64,000 bases of DNA from a virus (lineage: Duplodnaviria; Heunggongvirae; Uroviricota; Caudoviricetes), in the IMG/VR virus record IMGVR_UViG_2541047543_000003; one strand, written 5' to 3'. A program made the translations under genes and the position numbers. Positions 29,748 to 39,392 of this stretch are shown piece by piece (within the stretch, counting starts at the first letter, position 1; each line of letters opens with the position of its first letter). Below the pieces are notes generated by a model. The model was not told the origin of the DNA, ran no database searches, and worked only from the letters and a program-made list of their open reading frames with translations.

Positions 29748-30353
29748 CTAAGCAGCTTCTTTCAGCTCCCCCACGTTCTTAACGTTATTTTTCACATTTA
29801 TTTTCCAACGCCTTTTTGATACAGGGATAAGCATATTATGCTTTGTTAGCTCACGAATAACCTTTGAAGTAGACTTTTTGAACGTGTTCTCCAGCGATTT
29901 TTTACTTACATATTCAGAATTCTTACAAAAGCAGGTTTCAATGGTTTTTCCTGATTTGAAGATAAATATATCATAGAGAAGCTGATCCCAAATTTTTGAG
30001 GTGTAAGAAGTATCTAGGTAAGCAAGAGATTTGGAAACTTCATCATGGAATCGTTGATTGAGAAGTCTGTCATTTGAGAGCAAGTGGACTGTGTCCGAAG
30101 GTTTTATATCATGGTCAGCGAGATGGTTCTGTAAACTTTTGACTAGAAGGTTGTCAGCCTTATCCTTTTCTTGTCGATTGAATATTATGAATTCAACATG
30201 GTCGAAGGGGTTCCTGTTCGAAAATACCTCTTTAGGTATTGGAACCTTATTTGAACAACAGATAATTAGCTTTGTTTTTTCGTGCGGTATTTTCCAATAT
30301 GACAATACCTTACTATTACCAGTGTTTTCTATATCCCAGAAAAGCCAGTGCAT
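29748..30353 (-). CDS. NYN/PIN-like domain protein
   Basis: WDIEN, KDKADNLL, LLSNDRLL acidic motifs. Confidence 0.7.
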   Translation of the reverse strand: MHWLFWDIENTGNSKVLSYWKIPHEKTKLIICCSNKVPIPKEVFSNRNPFDHVEFIIFNRQEKDKADNLLVKSLQNHLADHDIKPSDTVHLLSNDRLLNQRFHDEVSKSLAYLDTSYTSKIWDQLLYDIFIFKSGKTIETCFCKNSEYVSKKSLENTFKKSTSKVIRELTKHNMLIPVSKRRWKINVKNNVKNVGELKEAA

Positions 30354-30374
30354 ACAGCCCCCTATGTCAGGATA

Positions 30375-30683
30375 CTAGTTTTGATTCATTGGAATCCCCA
30401 TAGCTCGTAATATTTTAGAGTTATGCCCATTTTTTTTAGCATCCTCTATTATTGCGAGCAATATATCATCCAGGCTTCTATTCTCAGCCACAAAACCATG
30501 TAACCTAAACTTATCAATTTTTTGGTTTTTATTGTTAATCAATGTATTTCTAAAGCTACTATCTCCATCTTGGCAGCTTAAGAATAAAGGAATATTATTT
30601 TGAAAACAAACGAGAGCAATCCTTTCAATCAAAGGATGTATGTCATCAACATATACTTGTTCAATATTTTTACTATCATTCAT
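30375..30683 (-). CDS. hypothetical protein
   Basis: 102-aa ORF in a minus-strand run. Confidence 0.6.
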   Translation of the reverse strand: MNDSKNIEQVYVDDIHPLIERIALVCFQNNIPLFLSCQDGDSSFRNTLINNKNQKIDKFRLHGFVAENRSLDDILLAIIEDAKKNGHNSKILRAMGIPMNQN

Positions 30684-30720
30684 TATTAAATTCCTTTATT
30701 ACATATTAACATTAATTAAA

Positions 30721-31947
30721 TTATAAAAAAACATTCTTTACATTAACATTGTATGAATTATCAAACATAGTTAAGAAATCCCTTGACGCGGGGTTGACTA
30801 GTACGAAACTACCACCGTCTTTCAAAACAAATTTTCTAAGCGTTTCTTCAGAAAGCTGCATGATTGTTGACTCCAGTAAGTCACCTGTAGAAATTGCTTT
30901 AGAAATATCGCATAAAGTCCCATACTCACCATTTGAGTAAATCATCTGCATAATATCTTCACCATTACTAATCTTGTAAAGATTCAAGCAATCTGAAGGA
31001 TCAAACGCTGGGTTTATTTTCGCGAGATCAATCAAGGTATACTTCCAATACTGTGTTAACTGCTCTTTTATATGCTCAATATTGATAGTGTTTTTAGTTT
31101 TCGATAAATCCACAGTCTGATTGGACATCATATTGGTAAATAATTTGAGCCTCATTTCATTAGAGTCCATTAATACAGCTACATCTGTTCCACTATTTAC
31201 AAATCTTGCTGCGTATGAAGCTGCAACTCTCGACTTCCACGCGCTCAATGAATCACTATTAGGTTCCTGGTATATCATTGTTGTTCCACTTAGATACCTG
31301 AATACATCATTGAAACTATTCACTTCATCTCTAACGAACATATAAAATGCACCAAGCATAACTGAGTTTGATTTAGAAACGTGTGACGGATACTCAGAAG
31401 ACAATAATGAAAAAGATGACCTTGATAGAACTTCCAGTGCATAAGCATTTTTATAAGAAACACCTAAGTTTTTAGCTTTACTCTCAACATCATCCCCTAC
31501 ATAGACAATATCGACACCCTGATATGACTTAAATCCTCCTTTACCAATTCCATCAAGAAGAGACTTTACATCTGGTGTTTCGATCATCTCGTACCCTTTA
31601 CCATTGGTATCTTTATCGACTTTGATTTTTAACGATAGATAGTAAGCCTTACTAAACAACTCGATCACACGGTCTCTAGAAGCTGAATCAAATGATATGA
31701 TATATCTATCCTTATAGTACGGATGATGTGATATGCCAGGTTCTCCTATCTTAGAAAAGATCCTGTCATCAAAAGCTGATATCAAATCATTACTTTTGAT
31801 CTCAATAGCCTTTCCATAAGCAAATCCATTTGATGCAAGTTCTCCAGCCAAAACATGACTGGAGAAGTTTAGAATAGAAAGTATTGCGAAAGCTATTAAT
31901 CTCTTAATATTCATTTCCGATTTTGTCATAAACTTTTTTAATTTCAT
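30721..31947 (-). CDS. hypothetical exported protein (true start probably ~31917)
   Basis: Signal-like MNIKRLIAFAILSILNFSSHVLA. Confidence 0.65.
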   Translation of the reverse strand: MKLKKFMTKSEMNIKRLIAFAILSILNFSSHVLAGELASNGFAYGKAIEIKSNDLISAFDDRIFSKIGEPGISHHPYYKDRYIISFDSASRDRVIELFSKAYYLSLKIKVDKDTNGKGYEMIETPDVKSLLDGIGKGGFKSYQGVDIVYVGDDVESKAKNLGVSYKNAYALEVLSRSSFSLLSSEYPSHVSKSNSVMLGAFYMFVRDEVNSFNDVFRYLSGTTMIYQEPNSDSLSAWKSRVAASYAARFVNSGTDVAVLMDSNEMRLKLFTNMMSNQTVDLSKTKNTINIEHIKEQLTQYWKYTLIDLAKINPAFDPSDCLNLYKISNGEDIMQMIYSNGEYGTLCDISKAISTGDLLESTIMQLSEETLRKFVLKDGGSFVLVNPASRDFLTMFDNSYNVNVKNVFL

Positions 31948-33868
31948 TTATTATACCTAATTCACTGAGTTTGAATAGGTATTTCGTTGCCAATTTCCTA
32001 AGTTCATTTTCACTAGTGCTGCTGTCAAGCACAAATGCATATCTATTATAAATAGACAAACGGCTTTTATCGTCATGATGCTTGTACATTACATAACACA
32101 GCTTTCCGATAACTTTGTCATCTTTAGTAATGGTAATCGGTAACTTACTACAGTTCCTTATCCAGTAGACATTGTTAGCTCTATTTATTCCATAACCATC
32201 ATAAAGATCCTTGTAGAAATCGTAGTGTTCTAAGAATGTATTTACAAGACTGAACTCAAATCCATCTATTGTAAGGGAGTCAATTAATAAGTTTCTTCTT
32301 ATGTGTGATTGGCTAAGAACTGATTTGATATCCATTTTAAATCTCTCAACTGCTCTTAATGCACTGTCTTGACTTGTAAATGAACCTTCTATATCTATGT
32401 ATGGTTTGTTTAGATACTCCCTATTATCTCTATACAATCTGTACAGCTTATCATTATCTTCAATAAAATTTATCAATGAGCTATATACATTTTGATGGTA
32501 TTTACTCTGCAATGATTCTAGCTTTGACCAAAACTCAGGATAATAAGATACTTTATTGTATTGCTTTGAGTTAAGAAGACCTTTTTCAATCTTAACGTCT
32601 TTAAGTGCGATTAGATCTTTTATTACCTCAGAATGTCTAGGTTGCCTAACCAGTGACTTTTGAGCTTGTTTTTTTGTAAAGCTTACTGGAATCAATACAT
32701 TCTTATTATTTGAGTAGTAATGATTAATAATACTGACAGCATGTTCTTTTAGAATACCTGCGTAACCAATAACATTACACTTAAGTCTCTTTTCAAGCAT
32801 CTCCCTATGAATGCCTGATGTAATGTAATCTGGTAATTCAAGTGTAGTTGTTAAGTCATATAGGCTTTGCTTGCTTTCTTCGTCGGAACTTCTTTTTGGA
32901 GAGTAATTAAATTCTTCCAAATGATATCCAGGCATCAAATGCTTAATTGAGCCATATTTTTCAAGGTAGACTTTACCCATTTTTGGGATCTTATACGCCA
33001 TGACATCTGAAGAAAAACTATTAGTTTTTAACAATGACACCAACTCTAATTCTGGCTCTAAAATATTTTCTCTAAATTTTGAGTTGTTAAGTAGAATGGA
33101 CATGTTCAACGCACTAAGCGTTCTTTCTTCGTCAAAGTTTAAGCCTAACTCATTCTGCTTTTTAATTAGACGAATAAGTGTATGACTTGGTCTAGTCGCG
33201 TTAGTTACTTCAAGCTTAAGAGAGTTCAGGAACATTAGAAAATGTGGTGTAAAGTAAATTTTCTTTGATGTTAAACACACGCCAACTTGGGTACAGTTAA
33301 TATCAAATCCTTTTAGGATGCTTGAGTAATCTCCGCTTGGTGATTGTACAATAACAGAGTTGATCAACCCCTTTCTAAACACATCACAGATGCGATATGT
33401 ATCATTGGATGTAGAGTGGTAATAAGACAAATACCCATTAACTATATCAACATTTCTAGTATGTGCTTTTTCAAGGCGTTTAAGCGCATCAGCATAATCT
33501 TCAGTATCAGTCTCCATATCACCTAACTGAGAATAATAATTTTGAATTATGTCTTTACTCTTGCTTTCAAATATAGATTTGTCTTCTGAAGTTTTGAATG
33601 CTTGCAGTGTTTTTCTATCTAAAGATAATCCGTTCACAATCTGAAATGAGTTGAACTTCTGTTGTGAGTACGAGTTGGAAAACTTTTGAACAATATGGAA
33701 TATATCAATATCATTCAGAACTATCTCTTTTGACAATCCTTTCAAATACATCAAAACTCCGCACACTGCTTGACCAGCTAAGAATCCATTTTTTGGTAAA
33801 TCGGAACTAAAGTTCTGCTGAATGAACTTAATTATTTTCTCACCATCACCATCATATATATTTATCAT
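31904..33868 (-). CDS. large protein with N-terminal Pol-beta-like nucleotidyltransferase motif
   Basis: GFLAGQAV...NDIDIFH...GFDINCTQVG. Confidence 0.6.
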   Translation of the reverse strand: MINIYDGDGEKIIKFIQQNFSSDLPKNGFLAGQAVCGVLMYLKGLSKEIVLNDIDIFHIVQKFSNSYSQQKFNSFQIVNGLSLDRKTLQAFKTSEDKSIFESKSKDIIQNYYSQLGDMETDTEDYADALKRLEKAHTRNVDIVNGYLSYYHSTSNDTYRICDVFRKGLINSVIVQSPSGDYSSILKGFDINCTQVGVCLTSKKIYFTPHFLMFLNSLKLEVTNATRPSHTLIRLIKKQNELGLNFDEERTLSALNMSILLNNSKFRENILEPELELVSLLKTNSFSSDVMAYKIPKMGKVYLEKYGSIKHLMPGYHLEEFNYSPKRSSDEESKQSLYDLTTTLELPDYITSGIHREMLEKRLKCNVIGYAGILKEHAVSIINHYYSNNKNVLIPVSFTKKQAQKSLVRQPRHSEVIKDLIALKDVKIEKGLLNSKQYNKVSYYPEFWSKLESLQSKYHQNVYSSLINFIEDNDKLYRLYRDNREYLNKPYIDIEGSFTSQDSALRAVERFKMDIKSVLSQSHIRRNLLIDSLTIDGFEFSLVNTFLEHYDFYKDLYDGYGINRANNVYWIRNCSKLPITITKDDKVIGKLCYVMYKHHDDKSRLSIYNRYAFVLDSSTSENELRKLATKYLFKLSELGIINEIKKVYDKIGNEY

Positions 33869-34287
33869 ACTGCTAATTCCTCTAATTCATATATTTCATT
33901 ATTATTATTTGATTCGAAATCATCAGAGTCTGGTATATCTTCAATTTGCTTGTATTCACTATGGGTTAGTAAACTTATATACCAGACTGCCTCATCACTC
34001 AGCTCATAAGTATCTATATAGTAATAATCCGAGTTCGGATTAAACATAGTCTCGCCAAGTCCTTGAAGCGCTTCTCCCTTGGTTTCATAATTTGGGAAGA
34101 AAAGGAAATCAGTATCACTCTCTTCACCAAGTCTACCAAGCTCATAGGGATCAATATCTGTTATGTTAGGATCGAGTGAAAATAGTAAGTTCCATGTTTT
34201 ATCATCTACTTGATAAAAAATGAAAATTGCAAATTCGTCGCTCTTAATCGTTTCGACATAATCTTCGCTGATGTGCTCTATCTGCAT
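33865..34287 (-). CDS. highly acidic hypothetical protein
   Basis: About 35 D/E versus 5 K/R in 140 aa (hand count). Confidence 0.7.
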   Translation of the reverse strand: MQIEHISEDYVETIKSDEFAIFIFYQVDDKTWNLLFSLDPNITDIDPYELGRLGEESDTDFLFFPNYETKGEALQGLGETMFNPNSDYYYIDTYELSDEAVWYISLLTHSEYKQIEDIPDSDDFESNNNNEIYELEELAV

Positions 34288-34451
34288 TTTTATTCTCTTT
34301 ATTATTGGTTCGCGGACGTTTTTTTTGTTTTTTATTGTTTATTAATGACTTTTCAAGGAATATTGAACTCAAAAACCTGCTGTTCAGTTCCATGTCATAG
34401 TTACATAGTGTATCATTAGTTTGTTTAATAAAAAATAATCAGGAGACAAAA

Positions 34452-35558
34452 ATGAAGCAACCTTTGCTTTTTATCAATGTGACAAGGCAATGCAATATTA
34501 ACTGTCCAAGATGCTATCTCACAATTGAGCAGAGAACTCGCAAGGAATGCATACCTTTCGAATACATTGACAAAGCGCTTTCAGATCCTTTCTTCCTTGG
34601 CGATGATATCGAGCCTATCATTGCATGGGAAGGCGGGGAGCTTACTTTAGTCGGTCAACATGTACTTCGTGACTACATGCAAAGAGTAAGGGAAAAGTTT
34701 CCAAAAGTTCGACAAACTATGGTTACTAATGCCTACAATACTCCAAATTGGCTTATCGACCTTTGTCGCGAATATATGGATAACCATTTCGAAGTAACGT
34801 ATTCAATGGGGCATAAATACACGCTTGATGGCTCAAGCGAGAAATATCAAGAACGTTTTCTCCGCTCTATACAGAAGGCAAGAAAAGCAGGAATGTCTGT
34901 GACTGTTAACGTCGAATTAAATAAAGAAACTTTTGAAGCTGGTGCTGGCGAACTGGTTGAAATCATGAGAAAAAGTGATGCGAAAATCTGGGAGTTCGAT
35001 GCTTCAGTGCAATTTGACAAGTTTTTAGAAAGCCCATTGTACAATCACATGATGTACCCTGTACTTCCTCTCTCAATCAATTACGATCAATTCTCTAGTT
35101 ACTTAATTGAACTTGTTGACAAGTATGGTCATGAACTTCAAGAAATGGGCATTCAATCAAGTATTTTATGGCATTCGCAGACACAGGCTAAATCTCAATT
35201 CTTCAATGTGAAGAACTCGGATATGATGTTCACCTTAAATCCAGATGGAACTGTTGTTACAGACGTTCTATGGTGTGATATGGGTGCAATGATCTTAGGA
35301 AACATAAAAGACCAAAAAATTAGCGACTTTATGGATCACCCTATTAGAAGGAAGCATAGTCGATGGGAAAATAAGCTTCGATGTAAAACTTGCGTAAGCT
35401 GTGAGTATTACCATTCATGCCAAGGTGGACCTTCTCACGTACCTGTCTACGATGGAGTGACAAACGAGTGCGCAGGCGCTAAGAAACTCTACCAGTTTAT
35501 GGAAATGTACAAAGGACCATATAATTCCGAAAATCAAATGTTTGATCCTGTAAAATAA
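34452..35558 (+). CDS. radical SAM protein with SPASM/twitch domain
   Basis: CNINCPRC (CxxxCxxC), EGGELTL, TLNPDGTV, CKTCVSCEYYHSCQGG...EC. Confidence 0.9.
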   Translation: MKQPLLFINVTRQCNINCPRCYLTIEQRTRKECIPFEYIDKALSDPFFLGDDIEPIIAWEGGELTLVGQHVLRDYMQRVREKFPKVRQTMVTNAYNTPNWLIDLCREYMDNHFEVTYSMGHKYTLDGSSEKYQERFLRSIQKARKAGMSVTVNVELNKETFEAGAGELVEIMRKSDAKIWEFDASVQFDKFLESPLYNHMMYPVLPLSINYDQFSSYLIELVDKYGHELQEMGIQSSILWHSQTQAKSQFFNVKNSDMMFTLNPDGTVVTDVLWCDMGAMILGNIKDQKISDFMDHPIRRKHSRWENKLRCKTCVSCEYYHSCQGGPSHVPVYDGVTNECAGAKKLYQFMEMYKGPYNSENQMFDPVK

Positions 35559-35559
35559 C

Positions 35560-35587
35560 AAAAACCTGAGCAATGCTCAGGTTTTTT
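35560..35587. terminator. bidirectional terminator
   Basis: AAAAACCTGAGCA-A-TGCTCAGGTTTTTT. Confidence 0.85.
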
Positions 35588-35612
35588 AATAAATCTTCCT
35601 GCGTTAAGCAGA

Positions 35613-35888
35613 TTAGTTCAAAGCTTCATTGAAGTAATTAGACTGACGGTATCTGACTCGGAATGATCGCCCTACATTGACCTTTTCACCAGTTTTAGGG
35701 TTACGACCTACTCGCTCATCGTATTCACGAACTGACATACTGCCAATACCCCTAATTTCCATTCTCTCACCATTCTTAATGCCATCTTTGATCACATTAA
35801 AGATCGTATCCACACCGTGACGGACTTTGTTTTTTGGAATCTGTGGAAGTTTATTTACTATAGCTTCAGTCAATTGTGATCTATTCAT
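35613..35888 (-). CDS. IHF/HU family DNA-binding protein (IhfB-like)
   Basis: MNRSQL, RMEIRGIGSM, GRNPKTGEKV. Confidence 0.92.
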   Translation of the reverse strand: MNRSQLTEAIVNKLPQIPKNKVRHGVDTIFNVIKDGIKNGERMEIRGIGSMSVREYDERVGRNPKTGEKVNVGRSFRVRYRQSNYFNEALN

Positions 35889-35952
35889 TTTCTTAATCCT
35901 TATTAGAATATTTATCTTTTTATATTAAAAACTTAGGTTTTATTTTTATTTT

Positions 35953-36627
35953 TTACAATGTTATTACTTGCACCCTATTCGAGTCAAGAAACTTTTCCAT
36001 ACTTTTTTTAGTTAAAATACTATCAATTAAGGATTTTTGGAAGATCTTAGCCTGCTCTTTAACCTTCTCTTCGATCTCCAGGACTTCTTCATCTTGAATG
36101 AAAACAAACTTACCCTCAATAGGATCATATTTCATAATTGTTTTACCGTCAGAAAGAGTTAACTTTTCATTTTTAGACTCAACAATAACGGCAGGATCTT
36201 CTATTGGATTATCTTCGTAAAACGCTCGCACTTCAATTGGGCTATTTCCTGTTACAAACATGTCAACTACCCACAAACGATCTGTTAGATTGAATTTCCT
36301 ATTGTCGTCTATATCAACGATGTATTTACCTAATGAATCAATTTTGAACGAAGAAAAAATACCATTTGAAATTTTCTCAGCGTTAGCTGAGTTATCAAAT
36401 ATTAATTCGTAGCAAATCGTTACTAGTTCATCTTTATCTTTTTTTGCAAGCTCGGACTCATATACTTCCCTATTAGCTTCGTCTTCGATATCCCCTGACT
36501 GTATCCAGGACTCAACTATTGCCTTAGATAACTTATCCAAACTAAAAGTGTTATACAAAGTACTATAGACTTCGCTCATCACAAACTCTTGCAGGCTTTC
36601 TATTTCATTCATTATCATTGCTTTCAC
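35953..36627 (-). CDS. hypothetical protein
   Basis: 224-aa acidic ORF. Confidence 0.65.
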   Translation of the reverse strand: MKAMIMNEIESLQEFVMSEVYSTLYNTFSLDKLSKAIVESWIQSGDIEDEANREVYESELAKKDKDELVTICYELIFDNSANAEKISNGIFSSFKIDSLGKYIVDIDDNRKFNLTDRLWVVDMFVTGNSPIEVRAFYEDNPIEDPAVIVESKNEKLTLSDGKTIMKYDPIEGKFVFIQDEEVLEIEEKVKEQAKIFQKSLIDSILTKKSMEKFLDSNRVQVITL

Positions 36628-36751
36628 TTTAATTTATTTCGTATTATTTTATGCTATTGATAGTAAAATTCAAATTACTTTAACTGTTACATTGTAACTC
36701 ATTTCACCAAGATAAAAAAAACCACCCAGTTCAAGGGTGGTTTTTGGTTAT

Positions 36752-38242
36752 CTAGTACAAGTGAATTTCCGAGATACGTCCATTCATTGATACGGCTTCA
36801 TCGAAATATGGTGAATTTGACACATCTATTGAGTGGAAGCGATTCTTGCTATCTTCCGCCAATATTTTGTCAACTAAACCAATTAGCACCGAACCCTTAT
36901 CGATCATTGACAATATGTGCTTCACCATTGCTGGGTTTTGACAAGCCGCTCCATCATGCACAACGCCTTTACTGTGTAGCAAGTGCGCTAGAACTTTAAC
37001 CACAACTGATGGTTGAAGTTGCATTGCTGGATGATCAGACTCAACATGCTCTGATCGCTTGGCTTCAAACAAAGATGATGATGCCATATCCGTTATGACT
37101 CTACAGATATCTGGTGATAGTCCCAACTCTCTTCCGAACGTGACATTAAGAATATCTGAATCTACACCAAACAAGCTTCTGATGATGCTTGCAATATGCT
37201 GATGCTGATTGACACTCATATAGTCTGTAAATCGGTTGAAATCTGAGAACTCCAAACAAGAGAACAAAGCAAGGTCACTAAAGTTATATAGTCGAGACGC
37301 TAAACGCATTTCGTCTAAATAATCATCAGATAGACCAGAGAATGAATCACAATCCGACATCATCTCAATAATGATGTACAAATAATGAACCATTTTTTCA
37401 TGTCTAGTTGTAAAGAACGCTTGCTCGTTACAATTAATAACACTAGCCTGACTCATCCATAGAAGCATTTCATTTAACTCTTCAAGGCTAAAACATCTTG
37501 ATAGACGTGAAGGTGTTAAAGTCTCCCTGACCGCTTCTAAGTTTGAGCCACTCTTGATTTGGCTAAATTTAACCGCATTACAGTAAAACGTAATAGATTT
37601 TTCACACAGAGATTGAATATCATCCTGAGAAAAATCACTATCAATGAGGATTTCTATCTCATCTTTGACCCCAGAAGTGATCGGCAAGATATCATACGTC
37701 TTGTCAGAAAACTTGAAGCCACTTTCATTGATAAGACATCTACGCTTCTTGAATGTACCAGAAACCAAGCTGCTTTCATGATTAAGTGATGAGGTGATAT
37801 CACCTTTCAGGTAGCCTCCAAAATAGCAATTAAGCTTATCTGGTGAGCACCATAAGGTATCCATACCTGGCTTACTGAAATTATTATCCCTTAAATTCAC
37901 CATATCCTCCTGAAAAACAGAAAGATCTATGATAGTTTTACAACCTTCAGGGTTTAAAATCGGATAAGCCCTACAAACAGAATAAGCGTAACAGTGGTTT
38001 GTTATTCTGTAATCCGCCGATAATGATAATTCGCCAACTAACTCCTTGACTTTTTCAAGTGAAACCAACCTTTGCATAGGAATGAGGATCTGATAGTGCT
38101 GACCGCTCTTTCCCGTGAGAAACACTGCGTGGAGAGCATTATTCGGTCTTGGGATAACACTGTATCCAACACCTGCGTAAGACTCTGTCGCAGATTTATT
38201 TATTGCTAATTTTTGCACATCAACCTCTAATGAACCTGACAT
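36752..38242 (-). CDS. hypothetical protein; C-terminal half weakly resembles a degenerate HD-GYP domain
   Basis: EMRLASRLYNFSDL resembles RLAAPLHDIGK; HQHIASII. Confidence 0.5.
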   Translation of the reverse strand: MSGSLEVDVQKLAINKSATESYAGVGYSVIPRPNNALHAVFLTGKSGQHYQILIPMQRLVSLEKVKELVGELSLSADYRITNHCYAYSVCRAYPILNPEGCKTIIDLSVFQEDMVNLRDNNFSKPGMDTLWCSPDKLNCYFGGYLKGDITSSLNHESSLVSGTFKKRRCLINESGFKFSDKTYDILPITSGVKDEIEILIDSDFSQDDIQSLCEKSITFYCNAVKFSQIKSGSNLEAVRETLTPSRLSRCFSLEELNEMLLWMSQASVINCNEQAFFTTRHEKMVHYLYIIIEMMSDCDSFSGLSDDYLDEMRLASRLYNFSDLALFSCLEFSDFNRFTDYMSVNQHQHIASIIRSLFGVDSDILNVTFGRELGLSPDICRVITDMASSSLFEAKRSEHVESDHPAMQLQPSVVVKVLAHLLHSKGVVHDGAACQNPAMVKHILSMIDKGSVLIGLVDKILAEDSKNRFHSIDVSNSPYFDEAVSMNGRISEIHLY

Positions 38243-38414
38243 GGTTTATTTTCGATTTGATAATCGAAGCTCATGTTATATTAATTAGACACTTAGGTCA
38301 AAGTTTTCTCTTACAAATAATCAGGAAATATCTGACATACATCACACAATCCTCTTGTTGCAAGCAACATGTTGCTTAATAAACTTATGCAAGTGATTGT
38401 ATTTCCATATATTC

Positions 38415-39293
38415 CTATCTGGTTTTACGCAAAATCTGACATTTGCAGGATGATACCACAGCGAGGGTTGTCCTCGAAGTCTCAATATTATTTTTCACAT
38501 TATCCCAGAAAGAGTCTGTTTCTGCTAAGGAGTCAATAGAATTGATAAGGTCGTCAATATATTGACTCAGTCTAGATAAGTCATTTGATTTATATAAGCT
38601 ATCATGATTAATCGTTTGCTTTTCCGTAATTGACACATGCCTTGCTACCCAGTCATCAAGGAACTCGTTTCCACCTTTCCTTTCAAGACCAGATAGGAAA
38701 TTATTTGATTCATGAATGTATGAGTAATAGCAGATATGCGCCAATGCAAGTTGAATATTATTGCATATACCCATCAATTCGAGCAGTAACAACCCGCTTT
38801 TAATTTTATAGTGACAGCTTTTGGCGATAACAATAGAGTTTTTAATATACTTACAAATAGATCCTTCATCTAAAAACTCATCTTCCAAAATTTTATTATT
38901 TATTTTACTAATTGTATCTCGATACATTATAGATGTTTCTGAAAGCCCTCTAAACTCTTTAATCAATCTAGCCTTATATCTGACCATCAACCTGTTGTAA
39001 AATGCGTCAGAAAGCCTCTCCTTTTCCTTTCGTAGCCCATTTACTCTTGAGTTATCAAACTCTTTTTCTATCCAATAGCTAGCAGTGTTTAGTACTTGCT
39101 CACAAAACTTAACATCGTCTAAACCTTCTAAGTACGTCGCTAAATCGCTTTTTGTGTTTTTTAATCTATAAAGCATCGTTTTCTTAATGATGATTTTGTC
39201 AGTGTCGGTAATTCCACCAACACCAAGACCGAGTATAAACCCAATCTTCATCATATTCTCATCGATTAAGCTTTCAATTCTTTTGCTATTCAC
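38415..39293 (-). CDS. hypothetical protein
   Basis: 292-aa ORF. Confidence 0.6.
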   Translation of the reverse strand: MNSKRIESLIDENMMKIGFILGLGVGGITDTDKIIIKKTMLYRLKNTKSDLATYLEGLDDVKFCEQVLNTASYWIEKEFDNSRVNGLRKEKERLSDAFYNRLMVRYKARLIKEFRGLSETSIMYRDTISKINNKILEDEFLDEGSICKYIKNSIVIAKSCHYKIKSGLLLLELMGICNNIQLALAHICYYSYIHESNNFLSGLERKGGNEFLDDWVARHVSITEKQTINHDSLYKSNDLSRLSQYIDDLINSIDSLAETDSFWDNVKNNIETSRTTLAVVSSCKCQILRKTR

Positions 39294-39392
39294 AGGAGGG
39301 TGCGCTATTTAATATTTATTACAATGGTTTAAAAAACATGATATCTTATAGGTTGCACTCTATCAACAGCAAGAAATAAAAAGAGAAAAGAA

